In this document: positions 55,635 to 64,000 of the stretch, piece by piece | Numbering within the stretch: the first letter of the stretch is position 1 | Layout: each line of letters begins with the position of its first letter | Source: an uncultured Nitrospiraceae bacterium | Lineage (GTDB): Bacteria > Nitrospirota > Nitrospiria > Nitrospirales > Nitrospiraceae | Assembly: GCA_963706325.1 (NCBI GenBank) | Contig: CAVPLT010000001.1 | Location: forward strand, 96,001-160,000 | Direction of reading: 5' to 3' | Length of the DNA: 64,000 nucleotides | Program-made: the position numbers and the translations under genes | The notes under the pieces: generated by a model | The model's input: only the letters and a program-made list of their open reading frames with translations | What the model was told of the DNA's origin: nothing | Database searches by the model: none

Positions 55635-56636
55635 ATGATCTGTGCGCGACTGACCATTCTTGTACTTCTTTGGCTCACCAGCCCGGTCTATGCCGACGGT
55701 GGTCACGATCATCACGCCATTCCGACGATGCCCAGCACGGGCGACACCACAATTACAACCGACGATCAGATGGTCACCCTGACGTTCGGCCCGGTCGATC
55801 TGCCCACGAGCCACGATGGGGACCTGGCGTCCAGCATGCCCAAGAAGGTGTTTCAGTTGCCGGAGGACACCTACATGATCGGGTACAAGTCCGAGGTGTT
55901 CACGCGAGACGGACAGCCACTCCCGAAGAATTATCTGCATCACATTCTGATGTTGAACAACGACGAGCCCAGCGTGTCCTGTGATGGCGAACCGTTGTTT
56001 TTTGCGGGTGCGGGCTTGGAAATGACCGAAGCCCGGTTTCCTGAGGGATATGGCGTGAAATTAGGCAAGGGGCAAAACCTCATGTCCGTCGTCGCCTTTT
56101 ACCATAAAGCACCGCCGACGAAGGACGTTATGGCTCGGTTCACCATGTACGTGGCTCCCAAAGGCGCCAACATACAAGAAATGAAAGTGTATCAGGTGGG
56201 GGTCAACATCGTCTGCTACAGCAAGTTCGGGCAACGGGGATCGGATCAAACCGACGAGGGGATCGAGATCAAGCTCGGGGTGTCGGTACTGTCGGCCCCG
56301 CTCAAGTTCAAGATGGATGGTTGCGTGAAATTCGCCTATCCCCACGGCCATGACGAACTGCTCATGGTCGCGCTCGAAGATAAGACCCACAATCAGACTC
56401 TCCTGAGAACCGTGCCCTCAGTCGATGCCGACGGCACCTTTCGTGATTTCCCTCCGTACCAGGTGTACCGGAACGGCAGAGGTTTTCAGGTCACGACACA
56501 GGACGAGTATGAAATGGTCATGGTTCACCATCATCCCCTCCACAACTCCAACATTCACCACGGGATGGGCAATTATCTGCTCTACATGAGCCCAGGGAGT
56601 TGTCAGCCACATGCCGGTACGGCAGCCGCCCACTAG
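55635..56636 (+). CDS. Secreted His-rich protein with PHM/copper type II monooxygenase-like motif pattern
   Basis: AGGAG RBS, signal peptide, LHH, FPEGYG, FYH, HGH, HGMG. Confidence 0.6.
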   Translation: MICARLTILVLLWLTSPVYADGGHDHHAIPTMPSTGDTTITTDDQMVTLTFGPVDLPTSHDGDLASSMPKKVFQLPEDTYMIGYKSEVFTRDGQPLPKNYLHHILMLNNDEPSVSCDGEPLFFAGAGLEMTEARFPEGYGVKLGKGQNLMSVVAFYHKAPPTKDVMARFTMYVAPKGANIQEMKVYQVGVNIVCYSKFGQRGSDQTDEGIEIKLGVSVLSAPLKFKMDGCVKFAYPHGHDELLMVALEDKTHNQTLLRTVPSVDADGTFRDFPPYQVYRNGRGFQVTTQDEYEMVMVHHHPLHNSNIHHGMGNYLLYMSPGSCQPHAGTAAAH

Positions 56637-56974
56637 GCGAAAGCACGAGGCACGGGGATTCCATGGAACCAAACTTCATCAATTCGGTAATTATTGACGG
56701 TGGGGACATCGTCAGCCGCGATAAGTGTCCCTGGAATCCACTGTCGGTTGATCCGGTGGCAAGCCAATTCTCAAGCGACGCGGCCTTCCAGGACACGACG
56801 GTCGTCAAGCTGTTGGCACCCCACGTACCCGTCGACACCGATGCGCACGATCAACTGAGACAACACTCTGGCGAGGCGCGGAGAATCAAGGATACGTTTC
56901 GGATCGTCGTCGATTGGATTTGGTGGGCATGAACCTTCGGAGTCCAGCTCGGGACGGCGAGGAGGAGGGACGGA

Positions 56975-58093
56975 CTACGCTCCCTGCGAGGTGCTGGCGA
57001 AAATCGGAAGTTTAAGGATGAAACTCGTGCCGGCGTCTCGTGCGCTTTCCACCCGGATGTGCCCCTTGTGATCGTCCACAATGGCTTTCACCAGGGTCAG
57101 GCCAAGACCCCATCCCTGCTGCTGACCGTGTTGCGGATGAAGCGTCCGTCGGAACTTTTCAAACAATCGCGGAATCTCGTCTTCTGGAATAAATGATCCT
57201 TCATTATGGACGCCGACTTCAGCTAGGCTGCCCCGTGTGTGGAGTGACACGGTGATGGGTGTCTGCTTTGCCCCATACTTCACTGCATTATCAATGAGGT
57301 TTTCCACCGCTCGTCTTAACGACTCCCGACCCCACCGACCTTCCACCGCAGTAGGACTGTCCAACGTGAACCGGGAGCCATGCACGACGGTCATTTCCTC
57401 CACGACGCCCCGAAGGACGGTATCCAAGTCACACTGCTGATACAGAAGTGTCAGACATTCACCTGCCCGGAGCCGGCTGGCGTCGAGGAGATCCTCAATC
57501 ATGGAGTCGAGACGGTTGAGACTGACGACGTTTCTCTTGACGAACTCTTTGGTAGAGTCGGGAACCCCCGCGCCTCTGACGGCAAGCATCGCATTCATTT
57601 TTGCCACACTGATGGGCGTCTTCAGGTCGTGCGTGAGGGTGTGGATGAACTTCTCCTGAATGGCCGAATGCGCCTGTGTAAATTCCACAACCGCATTTTT
57701 GACGGCCTCTTCGATCGAATCGAGCAGGATGTCCCGGGCAGATTCCACTAAAGGACCATCTCTTTCCAGCACGTGAAAGATGACCTGTCGTAAAATATGG
57801 TACTCGTCGACCACTTCCCCGAGAGTGTACTTGGTGTTGCAGGCACGGTCGACGCCATGCATTTTGCCGACACGGATCGCTTCTTGTTCGAGAATCGCGA
57901 CAGGCGGTGCGTCCATTTTATGATCTGCCGCCAGGGCCTCGTCCAAACGATCGAGGAACTCGGGGAGGGAATCACGGAGGGCCCGTGGCCCCGTGGCACG
58001 GGCTGATTTTACTTCTTTCAGGCACCGCTCTTCCCACAGCGTTAAGATCGCTTCTTTCTTGTCTTTGAGTGCGTGCCCATCACGTGGAGACAT
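56975..58093 (-). CDS. Cytoplasmic sensor histidine kinase with N-terminal helical (RsbRD_N-like) domain
   Basis: No TM; THDLKTP, NAVKY, LFEKF, GWGLGL. Confidence 0.88.
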   Translation of the reverse strand: MSPRDGHALKDKKEAILTLWEERCLKEVKSARATGPRALRDSLPEFLDRLDEALAADHKMDAPPVAILEQEAIRVGKMHGVDRACNTKYTLGEVVDEYHILRQVIFHVLERDGPLVESARDILLDSIEEAVKNAVVEFTQAHSAIQEKFIHTLTHDLKTPISVAKMNAMLAVRGAGVPDSTKEFVKRNVVSLNRLDSMIEDLLDASRLRAGECLTLLYQQCDLDTVLRGVVEEMTVVHGSRFTLDSPTAVEGRWGRESLRRAVENLIDNAVKYGAKQTPITVSLHTRGSLAEVGVHNEGSFIPEDEIPRLFEKFRRTLHPQHGQQQGWGLGLTLVKAIVDDHKGHIRVESARDAGTSFILKLPIFASTSQGA

Positions 58094-58336
58094 AGGGTTC
58101 CTGGGATAATACCGACCGTGTCGGCAGGGGCTGCTTACCGTTCCCGGCGCAAGCGTACCTCCTTCGCTTAGTGGAGGATCTGCACCCGCTACTGTGTACT
58201 AGTGGACGATCGAAGCGCAAGAGGCAACCCCCCTGGGCAACGGCGCCACCGTGTCGCTCATCCGTTGATGGATTCCGGTGTTTTCATGACAACGGGGCGA
58301 TATGTCCGATCCTAACTGGATGCTAGCGATGGCAAC

Positions 58337-58760
58337 CTAACGGGAGCACTCCCGGTGAATCATATCCAATAGCTTCTCCGGAACGAGTTCCTTGGGGAGA
58401 AAGGCGCGCGCGCCGGCCGATAGGAAGGCCTCCTCGACCCAAGCACGGCTGTCTGAAGACATCCCAATGATGCACGTCTCTGGCACGAGCGCCTGGATGT
58501 GACGAGTCGACTCGATTCCGTCCATCCGTGGCATGTACGCATCCATCAAAATAACATCGGGACGAATCTGTTGAGCGAAATGGATCGCCTCTATCCCATC
58601 CTCCGCTTCGCCGACAACTTTCAATGCCGGTTGCGCGTCCAGCATCGCCCGTAAAGTTTGTCTGAGCACGGTTGTCATCCACGACTAAAACGCCGATCGT
58701 CGGCACCTGCGTCGTGGTCGGTTCGAGGGGTATGAGAGGGGGCACTCTGATGGTGGACAT
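58337..58760 (-). pseudogene. Receiver-domain response regulator, frameshifted
   Basis: VLVVDDN in one frame, remainder (VGEAEDG, LMDAYMP, FLPK) in another; shift near 58670. Confidence 0.75.
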
Positions 58761-58938
58761 CGTTCAAACTCGCGCGCTGAAATAGATTAAAGACTCGGGC
58801 CCATCGATCGCCACGGTCAATCTCCATAATAAGCGCTCCATAATAAGCGGCATTTCTTTCGAGAACAGCGTGAACCCCTAGCTCGACATAGAGAACCGGC
58901 TAAGGTAACTTGTACCTGTTGCGGTTCCCAAGCGATCA

Positions 58939-59423
58939 TCAGTAACGAGAATGATCCTGCGGGAGGCTCTGACTGTCTGCGGTAGATTGCACCTTTAGCA
59001 CACGAAACCTGCCACCTGGTTTTTGTGGTGCAGGTTCCCCCTCCATGCGTGTATACCACCATCGCCCCTCGCCTTCAGAATAGTCAGGTGACAGAGTAAT
59101 TTCAAATCCCCCTTCTCGAGCATTTACGCGCTGACTCCACGCTCCGGTCCAGCGATGATCGGAGAGCAGATCGGTGCGAAAGCGCCCCTCCCTATAGTCG
59201 TAGGTGCCGTTTCCAAAACGATCCAACCTCAGCGGCACCACTAGTCCTCCTTCTTCATATTCCCATTCGCCGGCCAGAACAGCCTTCTCTCTTCTCTCGT
59301 CGGACATGTCCGACGGTGCCGAACCTGGCGAGAAGTGGTCAGACGCCACCGGGCCAGGCTACACGCTTGCGCCAGCAACAGGCCGGTACTGAACAGCGTC
59401 CTTATCAAGACGGAATGTGGCAT
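58939..59423 (-). pseudogene. Probable lipoprotein, frameshifted
   Basis: Signal ending LAQAC in the 59423 frame; beta-rich body (GEWEY, GRWWY) in another frame. Confidence 0.5.
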
Positions 59424-59777
59424 GCGTTCCTTAACTTTCGTTATGCGGTGAGCCTGGGCTCAGCCAGTTCAAATAGCATTTCAGCCCATCATCCTACTCA
59501 CCCGTACTGGGCTGCTACTGGGGGAATCCCCTGAGACCTTCTAGCCACCAACCTTTCGGGGCTCAAGTTTCAGTAGGAGGAGCGGTAGAGTTGCAAACTC
59601 CCGGGCTTTCTCTGTGAGGAGGAAGTATCTTTTTGCGGGGACAGGGGTTTGACATAGCTGCGCAGGCGGAGAACTAGGCATTTAATGAGGGAGTTGCGCG
59701 CCCGCCCATATCGTGAAGGATACGGTGCCGAGCCGGCGCGATACACACGCTACTACCCGGAAGAAGGAGAACGTCTC

Positions 59778-60071
59778 ATGCCCAACGAAAATGTTTCGCG
59801 GACCCTGTTCGCATTGATGGCCGGGGCCACGGTCGGTGCCGGGGTCGGGCTCTTGTTCGCGCCTCGAGCAGGGTCGCAGTTTCGGTCATCTCTGCGCGAG
59901 TATACTAGAAGAGTGAAGAACCAAGTGGATCAGGCGACCAACAACAGCACGCAGTCGAGTGACACGCACGAAGCGGGCTGTGAGATAGGCGTCCGCAAGC
60001 CCGGTGCGGAAGGCGGCGGGCGGTCAGCAACAAAGGATCATACGATCGGTGATACAGGACAAGACAACTGA
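59778..60071 (+). CDS. YtxH-like domain protein
   Basis: AGGAG RBS; GATVGAGVGLLFAPRAG motif. Confidence 0.7.
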   Translation: MPNENVSRTLFALMAGATVGAGVGLLFAPRAGSQFRSSLREYTRRVKNQVDQATNNSTQSSDTHEAGCEIGVRKPGAEGGGRSATKDHTIGDTGQDN

Positions 60072-60090
60072 TAGTGCTGAGTGAGACCCG

Positions 60091-60565
60091 ATGACGATGT
60101 CACTCTCTCGGCGCCTCGGCCCCTGCAAAGGGAGCGTAGCCGGGCTTTCACTCATGGCAATCATGGCCGGTGCAGTAGCCTCCGCCCAGGCCGTACAGCC
60201 TGGCATACATGTCGAGATGCTGGGCATTCGGAATAGCACCGGCGCGGTGGCATGTGCGCTGTTTGAAGCACCCGAGGGGTTCCCCACGGAGTTCATGAGG
60301 TTTGCCGCCAATCTCATGATGGTGAGAGTTCGGGGCGCCAAAGCCACCTGTACCTTTGAAGAGCTACCGCCAGGAACGTATGCGTTTGCTGTCATTCATG
60401 ACGAAAACCGCGATGGAAAACGCGCCACCGACTGGATGGGCCTGCCGAAAGAGGGGTACGGATTCCAACGACGCCAAAGGCACAGTGGGGGCGCCATCGT
60501 TTGAGGCCGTCAGCTTTTCCTACAACGGACAAAGCCTGGATATGACCATCACGTTACAGTACTAA
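60091..60565 (+). pseudogene. DUF2141 family protein, frameshifted
   Basis: LPPGTYA.AVIHDEN.DG, GLPKEGYGF then a shift near 60465 to NDAKG..PSF. Confidence 0.75.
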
Positions 60566-61074
60566 CTGCTGTACTGCCCGCTAAGAGCCGTGGCGCGCAG
60601 TGTCTCGCTGAACCTGCACACCTTGGTAGCTGTACGTAGTACGAGGTGATGCTCTGCGGCAACTAAAGAACCAAGTCCGTATCCATCGCGGGACGGCACT
60701 ATTGGGAGCGTCAGAGTGGGGTACCTACAGGGCCCCCACAGACGGCGCCATTCCCGCTCGGCCACGTCTTGGCTGTGCTGGACACGCATGGTTTCAAACT
60801 CACTCCACAGCGCGTCCAAGGGCTCATGGCGTGCCGTGTGATCCGATGGCTCACGATTCGCCATCTGTCGTAAATGGTCAAAAAAGCTGACGAGGGCCTG
60901 ATCACCGTGGGAGCGCAGGTAATTGGCAGACGCCTTATCCACCAGCCCCTTTTCTTCCGGGGGAAGGTGCGCCTCGACAATAGTAGACAGGACATGCAGC
61001 TTGAGCCACAAGGAAAACATCTCTGTGGTGAGGACTCGGAACCCACGTTCATATTTTTCGTCATGTACGACCAT
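60562..61074 (-). CDS. Hypothetical protein
   Basis: Helical protein-like N-terminal half; C-terminal part doubtful. Confidence 0.35.
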   Translation of the reverse strand: MVVHDEKYERGFRVLTTEMFSLWLKLHVLSTIVEAHLPPEEKGLVDKASANYLRSHGDQALVSFFDHLRQMANREPSDHTARHEPLDALWSEFETMRVQHSQDVAEREWRRLWGPCRYPTLTLPIVPSRDGYGLGSLVAAEHHLVLRTATKVCRFSETLRATALSGQYSS

Positions 61075-61194
61075 GTGCCATCCCTTCGTGTTCTTGTCTC
61101 TCCTCATCGACCAGCAGGCGTTGGATCATGGCGTCCCTTTCGGCGGACTCACATTCCTGGCCAATCGGGCGCCTCTCGGCTGCAAGCCTGCGAT

Positions 61195-61353
61195 TCAGCT
61201 TATGACGAGGTCCGCCGGTCCGGTCTCCGCGAGTCGCCGTTGCATGGCATCTTTGATGACCTTCGCGAGAGCGGCGTTTTCTACATGCCGGCTGAGGAGG
61301 TCACTGAGTTCAGCGAACGTCAGCGGCGGATAATCGAGTTGTGCCTGTGTCAT
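61195..61353 (-). CDS. Small hypothetical protein
   Basis: AGGAGG RBS before ATG 61353. Confidence 0.45.
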   Translation of the reverse strand: MTQAQLDYPPLTFAELSDLLSRHVENAALAKVIKDAMQRRLAETGPADLVIS

Positions 61354-61600
61354 TTGGAGTCTCCTCCTTCTTTTTAGTTCGCCAGTGCCGAACAGGCTCG
61401 TCCACACTCCTGATCGTCACGATGCCCCGTCCATTCAGGACCACACGGACGTGACCTGTTTGGCTGAGGCGCATCACCTCACCAAGCAGCTGAGCTGACG
61501 TCAGTGCTGGAAGCAAGGAGGCCAACATCTCAATTCGACAGTCAGGTACGCTGGTGACAACTTCCAGGATTTGGTTCGCTGGCGAAATCTCCGAATGCAT
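61310..61600 (-). CDS. Hypothetical protein, possible winged-helix-like fold
   Basis: ILEVV...L..EV.RLS.TG.V pattern; AGGGA RBS. Confidence 0.45.
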   Translation of the reverse strand: MHSEISPANQILEVVTSVPDCRIEMLASLLPALTSAQLLGEVMRLSQTGHVRVVLNGRGIVTIRSVDEPVRHWRTKKKEETPNDTGTTRLSAADVR

Positions 61601-61749
61601 GGTTGTTCCCTATGAGTGTGAAGTGGGAGGACGGCAGCCGGATCGGTATCCCTGAGGCCCCACGGACGCATAAGCTAAGGAGCAGAGGAGGCTGAGGCTC
61701 ACCAGCGTGCCAGCCCCGAAAGGACACAGTGTACTTACGCGCAGTACGG

Positions 61750-62094
61750 TCAGCTCCAAGTACGGTGTTGTTCGCTCACCAGTTCGCTGCCATCTTTTTT
61801 CTCGATAACCCATTGCACGTCATCTGGAATCGTCACCACCTTCAGCTCTGCACAATGCCCATTGGCCTCTGCGCCCAACTCTTCGACGACATGCACGAGC
61901 CTGTGATCATCCCGAGGGATGATCTCCCCGCATTGATTGAGGCTCGGCTCGTGAGCACTCGCCGCCTCAGGCCAATAGATCCCATGATCGGTTTCCTTCA
62001 GGGCATCCGGCTGCCCCAATTCGCGCAGACGGAGAAACGCCTTATGGCTCAGGCAGAACCGGTCATAACTCTTATTGATGACGATTTTCGGCAT
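61750..62094 (-). CDS. Conserved hypothetical protein of a family I associate with phages
   Basis: KIVIN....F.LS, RDD..LV.VVEELG..ANG, IPDDV.W.I...DG.E...HRTW; GGGAG RBS. Confidence 0.6.
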   Translation of the reverse strand: MPKIVINKSYDRFCLSHKAFLRLRELGQPDALKETDHGIYWPEAASAHEPSLNQCGEIIPRDDHRLVHVVEELGAEANGHCAELKVVTIPDDVQWVIEKKDGSELVSEQHRTWS

Positions 62095-62144
62095 AGTGCT
62101 ACTCCCTTTTCAATTCTCTCGCCGGTGCGAGAATGCCCCTACCT

Positions 62145-62387
62145 TCAAGAAGCCGGTTGCGGGTCCTTGTAGCCGATATAGTTTCCGCTCCACACGGCAT
62201 GACGACGATCCGCCCAGATTCTCACTTCATGTTTGTCCACTTCACCATACCGCTGCTGAAGAATGTCGTTGAACGTGGCGAAGTCCCCCTGAATCGCGTC
62301 TAGGTCACTGTCGGTGATCTTGTCCCACTTGGCTTTCAATGGACCCTTGAGCTGCAACCAAAACTGTTGAAATTGATCTTGGGTCAT
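62145..62387 (-). CDS. CsbD/YjbJ-like general stress protein
   Basis: W.QLKG.LK.KW.KITD.DL..I.G...LQQRYG; AGGAG RBS. Confidence 0.8.
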   Translation of the reverse strand: MTQDQFQQFWLQLKGPLKAKWDKITDSDLDAIQGDFATFNDILQQRYGEVDKHEVRIWADRRHAVWSGNYIGYKDPQPAS

Positions 62388-62766
62388 CGCGTACTCCTCT
62401 TTAGGTGCCTGGTAAAAACCAGCACTCTCGTGTGAGGCCGACCTGCACGCAGGCTCGGTCTGTGTTTGAAGACGGGAAAGTGGCGTAGAAGCAGCGAAGA
62501 CCGGAGAATCAGACGCGCACGGAAAAACGAGGAGCGGCGCGAGCGATGGGACAGTCGGCGTGGTTCACAACGTCATGGCGTACCATAGAGGGCAGGTGGC
62601 GCGGAGTCAACGGCAGCGCGGGACCTTCCGGGCCAAGCCATTGATTCAGCGCATATATTTATTTACAGGCGGCCAATCTCTGTTGCTGAGCGATTTCGCC
62701 CCATCAGAAGTTCACGAGATGGGTCTGCTGGGCTGAGGGTCGGGGTCACTCCACTAGGAGGCGGTG

Positions 62767-63440
62767 CTATTGGATGAGCGCCGGTTTGGCCAACAGGCTC
62801 AAGCGTTTCTCTACGCCTTGCGCTACAGGATACTCATGGTCTCCCACCCCAACCCGCAGCAACACGAGACTTCTTTCGATGGCCTCGATGGTGCGCTCGC
62901 AGGCGTGGAGTGTGGCTGTCCGGCTGACATACTGTTCCTCAGGGGTCACCGTCTTGCGACGGGAGGTCGCCGGAGGCAGGTGGCGTGCTTGAGGCAACCT
63001 GTCGCGGAGGATCTCCAACTCCGTGCGGAGTTGATCCCTGGTCCTTCGGAGGTCGCGCATCTGATACGCGACCTTTACACTGGACAGGGCGTCATGGGGG
63101 ACGAGCGGCGCCGTAATGATGTCACATGCGCCGTACTCCCAGGCCTTTCGGGCGAGTTCGTGGTCTCCGACGCCTGCCGTCACGCGATGAGGGGGGTCAG
63201 GGGATGAAGACTCAGGTGTTTGTGCTGTAGGAAGAAGTGGCTAAGTCCCGCCATCCGAACATTGAAGATCACCAGGTCGTACGTGCGACGGGGAGTAGTT
63301 CGATCGCTCCATAGACTGACGAGCACTGCTCCATGGCGAGGCCCGGCATCTGTTCGTGCAGGAGAGCCGGAAGGGACTCCCGCAAGAGGGGATGATTCTC
63401 CAAGAGGAGCACGCGGTGTGGGATCGGACTAGCGACGGTA
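62767..63440 (-). pseudogene. Receiver-domain protein, frameshifted
   Basis: VLLLENH, after a shift YDLVIFNVRM, then AWEYGACDII.APL and a coiled coil. Confidence 0.55.
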
Positions 63441-63589
63441 TCCAAGGTGTGACCGCCTCGCCTACAATCGGTCGGCGGTGCGTGTGTCTGCACCGTCGCC
63501 ACCTGATGGTGAACCAAAATTGAGTCTAGCCGCCCTCAGCGCAAGCCGTCAAGCGGATCAATACTCTCTGCCAGCTTCGCTCCGTCCTC

Positions 63590-64000
63590 TCACTCTATTT
63601 GTTCGCTGCCGCCAGCTGATTCTGGCACCACGGCCTGATTGAGGATTGCCCGAACATCCGTCAGGTCCCGTTCCAGCCCGTGCATCTCGGTGGTCAGGTA
63701 TCCCAACGTCTGATCGTTTCGCTGGGATTGACTGATGAGGCGTGTGAGCAACCCGACTCGGTCCTTGAGCATCCGAACAGAGGCTGCCAACCCCGTTTCC
63801 AGTCCCGCCGTGCGGCGCACCAACAGGTCCAGCGCGGGACCGATCTCGGCCAGGTCCAGACAAAACGTCACGGGGAGATCGCTCATCGCGTTCCTGGGCA
63901 TGTCGGGATACTCCGCCTCGGCTGGATTTTGCACCATCGTCAGCCCCCCGGCCTCATGCACCGCCCGCAGCCCCACGGTCCCGTCACGCATTAATCCCGT
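63590..64000 (-). CDS. CheB-type methylesterase domain protein (partial; start beyond window edge)
   Basis: G.MRDGTVGLRAV..AGGLTMVQNP.EAEYPDMPRNA. Confidence 0.8.
   Translation of the reverse strand, partial: TGLMRDGTVGLRAVHEAGGLTMVQNPAEAEYPDMPRNAMSDLPVTFCLDLAEIGPALDLLVRRTAGLETGLAASVRMLKDRVGLLTRLISQSQRNDQTLGYLTTEMHGLERDLTDVRAILNQAVVPESAGGSEQIE

Overview
Bacterial chromosomal window, probably from a Nitrospira-like organism (inferred from gene complement and style of hypothetical proteins, not proven). It has three zones. (1) About 1-20.6 kb is intact core-like DNA: DHH phosphoesterase, rhomboid protease, hybrid kinase, purK/purE, a type I secretion-like set (HlyD, TolC and two ABC half-transporters whose ATPase motifs are both degenerate), RluF-type pseudouridine synthase, a polyamine cluster (deoxyhypusine-synthase-like enzyme, pyruvoyl arginine decarboxylase, agmatinase) and a ZIP transporter. 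(2) About 20.8-35.2 kb is an energy/ion island: a complete N-type ATPase operon (atpDCQRBEFA-G) with an intact P-type ATPase wedged between atpA and atpG next to a scar of a second atpA 3' end. Upstream lie decayed remnants (phosphoketolase, P3A H+-ATPase, CoA-disulfide-reductase-like gene, frameshifted zwf) and an intact transaldolase. (3) About 35-64 kb is a decaying accessory region: arsenic resistance operon (arsR-acr3-arsI-arsC), PAS kinase/LuxR pair, SGNH hydrolase, a PilZ-EamA fusion transporter, Crp/Fnr regulator, a secreted PHM-like copper-monooxygenase candidate, many broken signalling genes and small stress proteins. I saw no rRNA, tRNA, CRISPR array or recognisable transposase/integrase. 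The best candidates for undescribed biology are the PilZ-EamA fusion, the N-ATPase/P-type ATPase composite operon, the apparently ATPase-dead T1SS-like exporter and the PHM-like protein. All calls are from motif reading by eye; no database search was run.
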